Source: Sphaerodactylus townsendi (Eukaryota). From it: 64,000 nt of DNA. Of the stretch, positions 27,601-40,762 are shown in pieces. The stretch is taken from NCBI RefSeq assembly GCF_021028975.2, contig NC_059440.1, positions 31,186,001 to 31,250,000 on the forward strand, given 5' to 3'. Below the pieces are notes generated by a model. It was not told the DNA's origin. It searched no databases and saw only the letters and a program-made list of their open reading frames with translations. Within the stretch, counting starts at the first letter, position 1; every line of letters starts with the position of its first letter. The position numbers and the translations under genes were made by a program.

Positions 27601-30600
27601 CAGCTTCGCGGATGGAGTCAACCAGTTTGCGTGAGTGGCTACAGGTTCCCAGCTCCAGGCCACGAATGCTCAGGAGCCCAGGAAATAAACCAGAGGCCAT
27701 GAAATGTGCAGTCCCTTCTGCCTCCTCCTCCGCTTCCCTGACTTAGTTTGATTCCAGGTTTGCCAGAACTGTGCCCCTGAGCATGTGCAGATTGCTTTCC
27801 CCTTATCTTCGTATAACCAACTGCTGACACGTCTGAGATTGGCAGGAAGTTCCTGGATATTTGTAGCTGAGGATGCAGGAGTACCTTTCCTTTCTCGTAT
27901 GCTTTCCTTGAACTCAGGTCAGCGTATCCTAGTTAAACTTTAGCTTGTGACTGGAAAGATTCCAAACAGCTCAAGTAAGCATAATTTATAGACTTCCAGT
28001 ATAAGCATAACTACTCTTAGACAGAAAATTCTGGTCAGCTTAGTATGTTCTAAATATGCTCACTTTTACCAAAACCAGTAAGCAATAGAGATGGATTACT
28101 TTGGCATTAGCTAATACAGATTCTTGGTCCCTTTGATGCCTGATTTCGGGCTCCTTCTTCAATCCCTTCCTCTTGTGACCTGCCTAAATTCATGGTTCCC
28201 AAAAGGCTCAAATCCCTACACCGCTGAGAAGATTTCGGTGGAGCAGCCCGTTGACTGAGCCATCCGGTTACTTATTTCCAGCTCAGAAGATCCATATAAG
28301 TTCGGCCACGTACCTCGCCCTTCTCGAAGATGATGCTTATGACATCGAGCTGAGAGGGGAAATTGAAGTGAAGGTGGTTATGGTTATTATTATTATTATC
28401 ATCAATTGCCATTGTATGTTTATATCACTGTCACTGTATGAGGCAATGCAAGGAATGTATGCAGAAAATTACCTCTGGAATTCTGGGTCGCAAGGAACTT
28501 GCATTTGAAATTTGGCAGGGTAGAGAGGCAAGAAAGGAATGGGAGGGGGCAGAAAGGTGGGAGATGGGTGAGGAGAAGCCAGAACCAGACACGGATCTTG
28601 GGGGGGGGGGGCGCTGAGGGGGCAGGCTTCTCATTGGCCACGAGCACGGGTCCACACATGTCCAGTTAATCAGACTGAAGCTCCTTTTATGGGTCTGTCA
28701 TGACTGCAAGACCCATTTTTTAAAAATCTACAACCCTAGAGAACTAGATTTCCCCTCTTCTCTGACGGCTGGGAAATCCACAGCCATCACTGCTCTATGG
28801 AGTTACCTAGGGCAGGACTGCTATACTTTGAATGGTTGCAGCTTGACAGGCAGAGATTCTACCGGTGCAGCTTGGCCCATCACAGCATCTTCAGGCTGGA
28901 TGAAGCTGAACGGCTGCCTATCACACAATGATTAACTGATGAAGAATACCAGAGAGAACACAAATGGTGGCAAAAGAGAAGCAAGTTAGCTGTAAGGGAG
29001 GCAAAAAAGGATTATGAGGAACGCATGGCTGCGAACATCAAGACTAGCAACAAACAGTTCTTCAAGTACATCAAAAGCAGGAAGCCAGCTAGGGAAGCGG
29101 TAGGCCCGTTAGATGATGAAGGAACAAAAGGTGTGCTAAAAGATGACAGGGAGATTGCAGAGAAGCTGAATGAATTCTTTGCATCTGTCTTCACCCAAGA
29201 GGAGGTGAGGAAAATTCCTGCACCTGAACCAAGCTTCTTAGGAGGCGAATCCGAGGAACTAGCGAAGATAGTGGTAGACAAGGAAGAAGTTCTGGCAGCC
29301 ATTGATAAACTAAATGCTACCAAATCCCCTGGCCCAGATTGCATTCATCCAAGAGTTCTTCAAGAGCTCAAGCATGAAATTGCTGATGTTCTCACATTAA
29401 TATGCAACTTATCCCTGAAATCAGGCTCCATCCCTGAAGACTGGAAGATGGCCAATGTCACACCAATCTTTAAGAAAGGGTCTAGGGGGGACCCAGGAAA
29501 TTACAGGCCAGTCAGTTTGACATCTGTTCCTGGTAAATTAGTAGAATCTATCATTAAAGATAAAATTATTAAACATGTAGAAAAGCAAGACCTGCTGAGG
29601 AAGAGTCAGCATGGCTTTTGTAGAGGCAAATCCTGCCTTACAAACTTACTAGAGTTCTTTGAGGGTGTAAACAGGCATGTGGATAAGGGGGAACCAGTGG
29701 ACATTGTCTACTTGGATTTCCAAAAGGCTTTTGACAAAGTTCCTCACCAGAGACTGTTGAGAAAAAATCCCAAAGTAATGAAGGAATAAGAGGGGAAGTC
29801 CTCCTATGGATTAAAAAACTTGGTTGAGGAACAGGAAGCAAAGGGTGGGTATAAATGGGAAGCTCTCACAATGGAGAGATGTAGGGAGTGGTGTCCCCCA
29901 AGGATCCGTTTTGGGACCAGTGCTCTTTAACTTATTCATAAATGACCTGGAAGTAGGGGTGGGTAGTGTGGTGGCTAAGTTTGCCGATGATACCAAATTA
30001 TGTAGGGTGGTGAGAACCACAAAGGATTGCGAAGAGCTCCAAGTGGACCTTGATAAATTAGGTGAGTGGGCTAAGAAATGGCAAATGCAGTTCAATGTAG
30101 CTAAATGTAAAGTGATGCACATAGGGGCAAAAAATCCAAACTTCACCTACACGCTACAGGGGTCAGTGCTATCAGTCACAGACCAGGAAAGGGATTTGGG
30201 CGTCTTAGTTGATAGTTCCATGGGAATGTCAACTCAATGCATGGCAGCTGTGAAAAAGGCAAACTCTATGCTGGGGATCATTAGGAAAGGGGAGTTGATA
30301 CCAAAACTGCAAGGATTGTCATGCCCTTATATAAAGCAGTGGTGCGACCGCGACTTGGAGTACTGTGTTCAGTCTCTGGTCGCCACATCTCAAAAAGGAT
30401 ATTGGAAGAGATAGAAAAAGTGCAGAGAAGGGCAAACGAGGATGATTGAAGGACTGGGAGCACCTTCTTTATGAGGAGAGGCTGCAGCGTTTGGGACTCT
30501 TTAGTTTGGAGAGGAGGCGGCTGAGGGGGGATATGATTGAAGTCTATAAAATGATGCATGGGGTAGAAAATGTTGACAGAGAGAAATTTTTCTCTCTTTC

Positions 30601-33379
30601 TCACAATACTAGAACCAGGGGGCATTCATTGAAAATGCTGGGGGGAAGAATTGGGACTAATAAAAGGAAACACTTCTTCACGCAACGTGTGATTGGTGTT
30701 TGGAATATGCTGCCACAGGAGGTGGTGATGGCCACTAACCTGGATAGCTTTAAAAAGGGCTTGGACAGATTTATGGAGGAGAAGTCAATCTATGGCTACC
30801 AATCTTGATCCTCCTTGATCTCAGATTGCAAATGCCTTAGCAGACCAGGTGCTCAGGAGCAGCAGCAGCAGCAGAAGGCCATTGCTTTCACATCCTGCAT
30901 GTGAGCTCCCAAAGGCACCTGGTGGGCCACTGCGAGTAGCAGAATGCTGGACTAGATGGACTCTGGTCTGATCCAGCAGGCTAGTTCTTATGTTCTTATG
31001 ATTCAAGGCACTGGCATGCTCCCACACAACAAAAGAGGGCAACCGTTGTGAACACTCCTATACACCACCTCAACAATATGGACATAGTGTTGTAAATTAT
31101 ATGTTCTAATACTGTATGTTTTAACAGGATTTATCCAGTGGTGGGATTCAGCAGGGTCACACCACTTCAGCAGAACCGGTTGTTAAAATGGTGCTTGTAA
31201 ACAACTGGTTGTTAAATTATTTGAATCCCACCACTGGAACAGGTTGTTAAATAATTTGAATTCCACCACTGGGTCTATCCGCATTTGTTAGCCACCGTGG
31301 GACTATGGTATAAGGCAGGGTACACATTGTAGTAATAAATAAATAAAAATAAATAAATAACTGCTTTTAAAAAGGCGCAAATAAGGGCAAAATATTGGTC
31401 ACAACACTCCCCGAGTAATGGGATGGCCTAGCCGATGAACAGAAATTAAAATTTCTCTTGGACAGTTCAGATGCAGATTATTTTGAGTCAGCTGCAAATT
31501 TTTCAGCTGAGATAATGGATGATTTTAAATTAGTTTATTTGGTTTTTTGTTTTGCTGTATTTTGTGCTGTAACTTCATGACTTAATGTATATGCCAGTAA
31601 AGGCTATGCATGTAAATAATTAAATGCCTTCTCTGCTCCTGCCAGGGCAAAGGGAAAATGAATACTTACTGGCTGCTTGGAAACAAGAACTATAGTGTCC
31701 AAAACGACAGCTTGGTGTGCCACTGGAATCCAGGGATGCCCCGGAAAAAGACAAGGGAGAACAGTCCCCTCTCTGCCCAGCAGGTACGTCCAGGGAGGCT
31801 CTGGAGATGCAGACTAAAAGAATGCCTTGGGAGGGCACCACACTGACATCATCTTCAGCACAGGTGTCAAACTCGTGGCCCTCCAGATGTTCATGAACTA
31901 CAATTCCCATCAGTCCTTGCCAGTATAGCCAATGCTCATGTTGGGAGGGACTGATGGGACTCGTAGTTCATGGACATCTGGAGGGCCACGAGTTTGACAC
32001 CCCTGATCTTCAGGGAAGCTTCAAGCTTTAAACAAGATCAAGTTTTCGATACCCAGTGCATGAAATAAAAGGAGCCCTTGCCACTCTCTGAGGCAGTGAA
32101 TTCCACTGTCAAACAGCCCAGACGGTCAGGAAGTTCTTCCTAACGTTTAGGTGGAATCTCTTTTCCTGCACCTTGAATCCATTTCTCCGTGTCCTAGTCT
32201 CTGAGGCACCAGAAAACAAGCTTGCTCCCTCTTTGACATGACATCCCTTCAGATATTTAAACATTGCTATCATGTCCCCCCTTAACCTTCACTTCTCCAG
32301 ATTAAACATCCCCATCTCTCTAAGCCTCTCTTCTTTGTGTCTGTAAAAAAAATGACCCAAAGGGAAGGGATATCTACAGTGGTGGGATCCAAAAATTTTA
32401 GTAACAGGTTCCCATGGTGGTGGGATTCAAACAGTGGCATAACACCAATGGGGCTGGGCGGGGCACGACAGGGGCGTGGCCGGGCATTCCAGGGGCGGGG
32501 CATTAATAATTTCTCTGTTACTGTAAAAAACTCTTACTTTAAAAAAAGTTCCTAATTTCCAGCTGGTATCTTTCTGTCCATAATTTAAACTCATTATAGC
32601 AAGTCCTATCGTCTACTGCCAACAGAAACAACTACTTCTCCTCTAATTGACTGCCTGTCAAACACTTAATACTTTCAAATACTTAATTCTGTTTCTAGAA
32701 ATCAAAAGAAGGATACTTTCCTTAAATAATGAACTTTACCATATTTCTAAAACATGTTTTTAAAACAGCCCAACAGGGAGAATTATCCTGCTTTCTACCT
32801 TCGCTAACCAGCCACATAGGAAACAACAGGACTTTATGATTTTTGGACCTAATGGAATTTCTAGCGGAAAAGCAGACCCAATTAGTAACCCCCTCTCGGC
32901 ACACACAGATAATTAGTACTCTCGGGAACTGGTGAGAACCCGCTGGATCCCACCTCTGGATATCTGCCAGGATATCCTGTCCTGCAGTATTTGTCTTGTA
33001 CAGAATTGCCAGTTCTTCTATGAAGCTGACACAGGGGTGCTTTTGGGGACGTGTTCACTGCCTATCCATACAATTTCTGAGTGCCTTTTCCATTTGACAG
33101 CTCAGCACAGGAACCCTGGGGACGCCAGTGAGCAGGAAAACCACCAACACTACTCATGAGCAAATGCGCTGCCTTGGGGCAAAAACTTATTTCGCTGACA
33201 GTGCTGCCAGTGTTGGGGACCAAGACTCTGAGCCTGGCTTCCAAGATCAATGCCAGACAAGTCATCTCCCAAATTCTCACCTGGGAGAGAGATGCCCTGA
33301 CTTACTGGATCATCAACAATGCCACCTAGAGCCACCGAACACAATGGGGCTCTTACCTGGATCTGTGGGCAGTGTGTGA
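24664..33379 (+). CDS. Two-TM membrane guanylyl cyclase without kinase-homology domain (NIT-domain GC-like), exons 2-8
   Basis: In-frame GT/AG exons: 24664-25765 (TM1, ectodomain, TM2, coiled coil ending [15 protein letters not shown]...EAENYDQ), 26634-26768 ([12 protein letters not shown]...YDVYK), 27179-27353 ([15 protein letters not shown]...LRAGIHT), 27532-27630 ([30 protein letters not shown]), 28282-28373 (KIHISS...RGEIEVK), 31646-31783 ([10 protein letters not shown]), 33101-33379 (tail to TGA, less certain). Metal-binding aspartates, guanine-specifying Glu/Cys and the NxxxR motif are intact. Confidence 0.9.
26858..27099. mobile_element. Palindromic hAT MITE with a nested short CR1 3' end
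   Basis: Ends CAGGGGTCT / AGACCCCTG; ~26977-27073 matches the CR1 3' UTR at 30900-31000, including TTCTTATGTTCTTATG. Confidence 0.8.
28934..31000 (+). mobile_element. CR1 LINE, 5'-truncated, in an intron of the cyclase gene
   Basis: ORF2 reverse transcriptase pieces ([51 protein letters not shown]) broken by frameshifts; ends in (TTCTTATG)2. Confidence 0.95.
31136..31271. mobile_element. Short hAT MITE (CAGTGGTGGGAT ends)
   Basis: TIRs CAGTGGTGGGATTC / GAATTCCACCACTG; 6/8 TSD match. Confidence 0.7.
31859..32005. mobile_element. Palindromic hAT MITE
   Basis: Long inverted arms and perfect TSD ATCTTCAG; similar element at 34247-34377. Confidence 0.85.
32377..32958. mobile_element. Non-autonomous hAT transposon
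   Basis: TIR CAGTGGTGGGATCC / GGATCCCACCTCTG; TSD GATATCTA / GATATCTG. Relatives at 34958-35144 and 50819-51198. Confidence 0.85.
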
Positions 33380-34957
33380 ATGATGCCGGATTTCTCCAGG
33401 AGCTGCAATTTGGAGATCACCTCAAGCATGTTTTTTCTGATGTGTCTTTCAGGAATTTTAGCATCTGGTTAGTTCCAGGTAGGTTTTCAGCTAAGTATAA
33501 ATGTGGGAAGTTAGATTGAAGGGAAACCGCATTTCCTCCCTCAAGAATCTTTGATCAGCATCACATTTTTTTAAAAAAAATATTTCTTCACTTTTAATAT
33601 AAATGCATGAAGAGGAATCAAATGCCCAAGCTGAGACCAGAAACCTTTCTCTTGCATGCAAAAATATGAGTCCAGCTAGATCTCCAAAAGGTTCTTCTAG
33701 TTTAGCTAGAAGCCTTGGAGGGTTCCTCAAGCATGATGCAGAGGCCAAGACCCCCCTTGTTCTGCCTTCTAGCAAAAGGCATTCAAAGATACACTGCCTC
33801 TGAAAGGTGGAAGTTCCATTTAGTCACCATGGCAAATGGCACTCGATAGATCTACCCCTCAATTGATTATTTGATCCCCTTTGCTACCTGGTCTGACTGG
33901 CCATGAATCCCCAATCTTTCAAGCAGAGAAAGATCTTCCCAGAATCTGACCAGATTTCTGAGGATCACTGCTGTATAACGGAAGGAACATTGTACTGGAA
34001 AACTTTGGTGTTAATTTCCCCCAAAAGGGTTAATTAAACCTTCCAGATGAAAACACAGTACTGGGAAATAGTCAAAAATCCAGAAGTTGAAATGTTACTT
34101 ACCTGCAGTGACCACAAGATGTCAGCAGATGAATTTAGAGTAAAATTTTAGAATTTAGAGCCTTTGACAATACAATTTAGAGCAAATTCCTACCAAAGGA
34201 CCAGGGATTTGGACCCTGTAATGCCCACTGGGATGCTACTCTCTGCCACAGGTGTCAAACTTGCGGCCCTCCAGACATTATGGACTACAGTTCCCATTAT
34301 CCCCTGCCAGCATGATGCAGGGGATGATGGGAACTGTAGTCCATAACGTCTGGAGGGTCGCGAGTTTGACACCTATGCCTGAGCCAGAGGAAAGAAGCTT
34401 AGGAGGGCTGGAAAGGTGGGAATGTCCCCCAGAGCATGGCTCAGTCATATTACTCTGGGCCTTCCCCATCAGTTGAAAGAAGCAACAAGTTGCCTGTCCT
34501 CTTTTCCACAGGGCTTCAGTGCCTTTAACAGCTGGAAGGAATTTAGTCAAACTTTTCACAACTTCGCATTTTCCTGCCAGAGAAAACAGCAACAGTTAGA
34601 GTTTTGGACAAGTACGTGGACCAGAACCCCAGCAGGGGGAAAAAAAATCTGACCCCTTTTTCTGCTTGTGAAATATTCTGATTGAGGGACAAGATGAAAA
34701 GGAAACAGATAGGGATTCCAGCAGCCTCCAGGTAGTGGAGCTGGAGATCAGTTCACCTGGAGAAAATGGATGCTTTTGAGTGTGGGGCACATTTGTTTGT
34801 TTGTTTGTTTTATTAGGCTTTTATACCGCCCCATCCCCGAAGGGCTCTGAGCGGTGTACAGCATATAAAAATAACAGTATAAAATAGTTAAACATTTAAA
34901 AGCATTTAAAAACATGATGGCCCTGTGCTCTGCTAAACCCCCTCTCCTTCACAAACC

Positions 34958-35144
34958 CAGTGGTGGGATCCAAAAAATTTAATAACAGGTTCCGAGGGTG
35001 GTGGGATTCAAACAGTGGCGCCGCCGCACACACGCGCCTCCAGTCCCTATTGGGCAGGGGGGTGGCTTTAGTAACCCCTTCTCGGCACTCAGAAAAAATT
35101 AGTAACCACTTCTAGAGGTGAGAACTGATTGGATCCCGCCTCTG
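34958..35144. mobile_element. Short hAT MITE, family of 32377-32958
   Basis: Same TIRs with a shorter interior. Confidence 0.75.
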
Positions 35145-35574
35145 CCCGAACCCCACCTTCTTCAGATATTTCCCAACCTGGAGCTGGCAAACCTAGAAAC
35201 AGGGGCCAATGTGCTCTTGTGATGGTGCAAAGAAGCATAATGGAGCAAAGGCCCCTTTGTTGGAATCCAAATTTGCACGCAGTGTCCTACGACATCTGAA
35301 AACGCGTTCGCTATTTTGTGACTCCTCAAAAACGTTCAAAGTTGCAAACATCCAATGGGTGACCTGTTTTCAAATAGCATCAAGATTAAGAAGAAGCTTA
35401 AAGATAAGCAAAGGTGTTTTAAGAGAAATCTCAAAATTTGGAAAAGAAATTAACCAGCAGGGGCAACATTTAACGGGAAAAATTTATAAGTTATTGTCGA
35501 AAGCTTTCACGGCCGGAATCACTGGGGTGCTGTGTGGTCTCCGGGCTGCATGGCCGTGTTCTAGCAGCATTCTC

Positions 35575-35617
35575 TCCTGACGTTTCGCCTGCATCTGTGG
35601 CTGGCATCTTCAGGGGA
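35575..35617 (-). ncRNA. Minimal type I hammerhead ribozyme motif in a Penelope-like fragment
   Basis: Reverse strand reads TCCC-CTGAAGA-TGCC...GGC-GAAAC-GTC-AGGA; core intact, one mismatch in stem I. Confidence 0.6.
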
Positions 35618-35719
35618 TCCTCTGAAGATGCCAGTCACAGATGCAGACAGAATGCAGGCAGGAAATAACAGAATCTGACAACATGCAACCGAGCTCTAGA
35701 ACAAATTATAAGTTACTAA

Positions 35720-36654
35720 GAACAGCAAGAACATAAAGGACTGGCCTTATGGATCAGACCAAAGTCCATCTAGTCCAGCTCTCTGCTACTGCGCAGGTAT
35801 TTTGCCCACGGGGTGCCTTTGGAACTCATGTAGGATGTGAAGGCCTTAGTAGCCTTCCTGGAAGCTGGTAGCTCCGATCACCTGGTCTGTTAAGGCATTG
35901 CAATCTCAGATCAAGGGAGGATCAAAGTTGGTGAAAGCCCATGAAATGGAGCTTCTCCTCCATAAATCTGTCCAGGCTTTGGCGCAGTATCCGGGTTAGA
36001 AATTGGCCATCACCACCTCCTGTGGCGGCATATTCCAAACACCAATCACACGTTTCGTGAAGAAGTGTTTCCTTTTATTAGTCCTAATTCTTCCCCCCAG
36101 CATTTTCAATGAATGCCCTAAAGGGTTCTAGTATTGTGTGAAAGAGAAAAATTCTCTCTGTCAACGTTTCATTACCCATGGTGCATAATTTTGGAGACTT
36201 CAATCATATCCCCCCTCAGCCGCCTCCTCTCCAAACTAAAGAGTCCCAAACGCTGCAGCCTCTCCTCATAGGGAAGGTGCTCCAGTCCCTCAATCATCCT
36301 TGTTGCCCTTCTCTGCACTTTTTCTATCTCCTCAATATCCTTTTTTTGAGGAGATCGTGACCAGAACTGGACACAGTACTCCAAGTCTTGATTGACACCA
36401 CTGCTTTTATATAAGGGGCATGACAATCTTTGCAGTTTTATTATCAATTCCTTTTCTAATGATCCCCAGCATAGAGTTTGCCTTTTTCACAGCTGCCATG
36501 CATTGAGTTGACATTCCCATGGAACTATCAACTAAGACGCCCAAATCCCTTTCCTGGTCTGTGACTGATAGCACTGACCCCTGTAGCGTGTATGTGAAGT
36601 TTGGATTTTTTGCCCCTATGTGCATCACTTTGCATTTTGCTACATTGAACTGCA
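35720..36654 (-). mobile_element. CR1 LINE 3' fragment, same family as 28934-31000
   Basis: Near-identical ORF2 C-terminus ([16 protein letters not shown]...[22 protein letters not shown]); its 3' UTR portion is indel-rich. Confidence 0.9.
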
Positions 36655-39600
36655 GTCATACTACTTAAATATCACTCTGAAACAAACAGAACAAGTGAAA
36701 AATTGCATGATAAAGTGGATGCAGAATTGTCAGAGATCACTTTCCAACAGTGGGAATCATTATGCATCCTGCTTTTTCATAACTGGGGGGTTTAGCGCCT
36801 CCATCCCGTCCCACTCTAATTTTGCTTTATACGATTTCTTTCCGAGCGTGGCCAGGGGAGGGCTCCGTCACCGGCTCTGCAGTCCTGCCCCCCTTGAGCT
36901 AGCAGGACTGGAATTCGGGCTTGTTTGGACACAAATGCCTCCTGTTGTCATGCCCAATAAGGTCCCAAATGAGCAAAGGCAGGAGTGAAGGCCAGGGGGA
37001 GATGTCACCACTTTCCCATGTCAGATGACAGCGTGGTGAGGCCAGAGGAGAGAAAGGGGGCGCGTGCTTCCAATTGCCGAGCCTGCTGTGTGGACTTGAG
37101 CACGTCCACCGAGCTGGAGTTACTAGAGAACCCACTTGGGGGATTGGGAGGAGGAGAAACGGAATGGTTTACGGTATCTCATGGTTGTGGGGAGATCGGA
37201 AGAGCTGCGTGCATGGTGCAAGGCACCCGATTTATGTCACATTTTCAAGCTCCTCTTTCCCAGGGCATGGAGGAACAGTTCCACACGGCTTTCTCAGGAT
37301 CAGTTATCTATAGATGAAAGGTGTACCAGAATAATGCCTCTAGATATATACGGGGAGATGGTGTGTAATTGAGGACTATAAGTGCTCCTCAGCTCGAGAG
37401 ATCTATTTGTTACGATCCTGACATTCTCTATCAAGCCAGAAAGCCAATTTCTTTTTTTATTATCTTGGTACCGCAAGAGAGAATTGGTTTCAGTCGTCTC
37501 TCCAGCTTATCTAACATTATGCCCAAAACTCCAAAGAACCACCCTGTGTTATCCTGTTTACTGCCCCAGTGCCCTGTAGGGACAACCCCATTCAGACCGA
37601 GGCACCCCGGGGGAGGCCAGGCAATAGCTGCATTGGAGGCTCGTTTGCAGGGGCCATTAAAGCAGAGCCCCATAAAAGAGGCTTCCGCAGATGTCGGCGT
37701 TTGGCCCAGCGGGGCGGCAGAGGTCCTTTTCACAAGCTGCTATTTGTGTTCTGAGCACCGGCATATCGGACCAGTGGGTTACCCATTAGCCGCTCAAGCT
37801 CCCCTTCAGAAAGCGGGGCTTGGTTCGTTATCAGCCCCACGCACGGAAGCTTATTCATCAAAAGGGCATCCAGACAACACGGCCTTAAACAAACATGTTT
37901 TCTTCCTGCTTAATTAGCAAAATGGAGCCTTTTCAAACTGAGGCTCTCAAACTGGGCTAATTAAATTTATTTCTCAAGAGTCTGGCTGGATTGGACCAAA
38001 AGTCTGTCCAGTCCAGCATTCTGTTTCCTATAGTGGCTGACCAGATGTCTCCACAAGACCCAAAAGCAAGTGCAAGGCCGAAACTTCCATATGATGGTGC
38101 CCCCACAACTGGTATCTAGAAGTAGACTGTCTCTGAACATGGAGGCTCCATTGGCCATCAAGGCCACAGATAACACCGAACCTCCAAGAATTATGCGATT
38201 CCCCTTTAAATCCATTTTAGGTTTGGACTGAGGAGGTGGTGGAATCCTGAAGGGCAGAGAGTATATTGTGCCAGGTAGGGTACAATACAAGGGTACTGAA
38301 AAATATTCCTTCCCCCACATCATTCGTCACCCTCTCATTCTGCTATAAGTGTCCCCCAGGCTTCCGATGGTGGCCATCTCCATATCTGGTGGCAGGGAAT
38401 TCCAAGAGCTCATCACGAGTTACATGAAGTCATTGCAATGATCTTGTGCCGAAGGTCTTTTCTCGCGTCTCTTTCTGTTTCCCAGATTTTATGCTAGCCG
38501 CTTTGGACCTCCAGTCCTGAGCTCTTGCCTCATTTACGAGAATTGTAACACGCCACTCGCTTGTGGCATGTCAAGAGCAGAATTGTATTCTATTTTGAGA
38601 AGGTGTCGGTTTTAGCAGAAGGGGGCTAAAATTAGGCCTTCTTGTGGCTGTTTTTAAAAACACCTTGCAGAGACGAGCCCTCGATGCTTCGGCAAGAGGC
38701 CCTTCAAGCGGGGCATGTGGCACTAGAAACACTTATATGGGCAATGGGAATGATTTCATCATTGTGGCCAGCCAGTGGTGGCCGGCCAAGGGGGAGGAGT
38801 CACAAGAAATGCTTGGAGGACTAATTCGAACGTGGCCCAAGGACTGTGTGGCAGCCGGTGGCTGAGTGTGGGGAGAGGTGTGAGGTCAGTATGGCGACAG
38901 GCTGACCTCTTAGTCCGACCAGATAAGGAACCCTCCACAACAGGAGGCCAGAACAAATTACTTTCTATTAATGGTGAAACAGTCCTGATACCACCCATTC
39001 CTGCTACTCCGGCCATTTAAAATGTCCACAAACTGACCAGGTCACAGACTTTGGAAGAACCAATTTTAAAAATCTCTCCTTGCTTGCCAATCACTCCAAC
39101 TCACCCCTTTCGGCCACTGGGGTTGTGGATTCAATCCAATCTCAAAGCCCCAGGGGTCTGCAACCTGCGACTCTCCAGATGTTCATGGACTACAATTCCC
39201 ATCAGCCCCTGCCAGCATGGCCAATTTGTAGTCCATGAACATCTAGAAAGCTGCAGGTTGCAGACCTCTGCCCTGCACAGACCGAACCCAGATTCTGCAC
39301 CCAGGAAAAAGCACTCAATCCACACATGACTGATATAAACACTTGTGTGTGTGTGTGATTACTTTGCATAATAAAGGCAAAAATGACAAAAGCCCTCACT
39401 GTTGGAAGCCTTAGGGGCTAGAAACACTTTTAAAATGAAGGAGTAAAATTTTTCTGGTTTTCCCAACCTGGGTCTGGCAACTCTACCCCCTCATCCCCTG
39501 CCGGTGGGGGGACCTGGCAACTCTAAAATCCACAGAACGCCATGCACCCCACATGGAATGTCATCCACCCATAGGAATACTCAGGAAGGAATCCAATACC

Positions 39601-40376
39601 TTTTGTGGCTCCTTCTGTCCCTCCGTTCTCATGACGACACCCAAATGCTGGGTGTACGTGGCCATTTCCTGGTCGACTTGGGCTTCGGGCGGGTGATATC
39701 ATCATCTTGCACCTCTCTCCACACTTCGACACCAAGCCAGACTGCGCCGTTATCACTGGGGAGATGACACCGTGAAGAAAGCCCTCTTGGGCCAGTAAGA
39801 AGACAACTATGCAAGGAATTCCAGAAGAGCAACCAAGAATCTGAGATGGTCATTTGCCTCTGGATCCAGCCGATTTCCTTCCTCTGGTCTTTTTAGGGGT
39901 AAAGGCTGAGGCAGAGGCGTGAATGTGGTGGCGAGGCTGTCCTTTGTAGATACAGGCCAGTTTGCAAAGTTAGGCCCAACTTTGGGCAACTTGACAGGGC
40001 ATTTACACTGGGGAAAGAGATAGGATGGGAGTTTGTACCCAGTTTTATTCCACACTTTTCTCCCAGGACCTCAGTGTGATGTATCTGCCACCCCCTTCCA
40101 TTTCATCTGAGCGACCGTTCTGTGAGAGAGGTTAGGCTAGCAGAGAATACTCAAGCGGAGCTAAGTCTTCTGGCAAGCAGGGGTCTGAATTCAGATCACA
40201 GACCCTTCATTATCTTCACATTCCCAACATATATTTGGAACATTTTAATATATTTTTGCCAATTTCTCTAGTAACAAATACCACAATACATCATTTTATT
40301 AAAAAAAATCTCTTTAAGACTAATAAAGCAAAATATGTTGGTCCCAGATCATCACTGAAACACAATTCTCATACAC

Positions 40377-40527
40377 NNNNNNNNNNNNNNNNNNNNNNNN
40401 NNNNNNNNNNNNNNNNNNNNNNNNNNNNNNNNNNNNNNNNNNNNNNNNNNNNNNNNNNNNNNNNNNNNNNNNNNNNNNNNNNNNNNNNNNNNNNNNNNNN
40501 NNNNNNNNNNNNNNNNNNNNNNNNNNN
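40377..40527. other. Assembly gap
   Basis: 151 consecutive N. Confidence 1.
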
Positions 40528-40762
40528 TTTCAATGATGATCTCCCCCTGAAACAGGTATTATTCAGAGCTATACTACCTGTGAACATGGAGGTTCTATTT
40601 AGCTATCTCAGCAAATGGCCAGGTGGATTACACAGAGTGAGTCAATATGATTGGTGGGATGGGACATCCAATAAACAAGAGGATTGGGTTGTAGAACCAG
40701 CCAGAAATCTAAAAACAGACAGATTCTTTAGCTCCCCATGGTAGGGAAGGTACATCCTATGC

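Noticed and set aside
29025-30808. Reverse transcriptase ORFs as an active or domesticated gene
   Set aside because: 5'-truncated CR1 with several frameshifts and no endonuclease or ORF1.
24664-33379. Calling the cyclase NPR1, NPR2, a GUCY2 gene or a soluble GC subunit
   Set aside because: No kinase-homology domain between TM and cyclase, two hydrophobic segments, no H-NOX; no gene symbol assigned.
38670-38730. Frame reading SPRCFGKRPFKRGMWH*, resembling the start of a natriuretic ring
   Set aside because: No DRIG or GLGC, no second Cys, no signal exon; likely chance.
39523-39756. Minus-strand ORF containing YSYGWMTF, similar to gastrin/CCK YGWMDF
   Set aside because: Lacks the Asp and the Gly-basic amidation signal, no precursor structure, wrong synteny.
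40235-40744. ORFs of 169 and 72 aa
   Set aside because: Artefacts of translating through the N gap.
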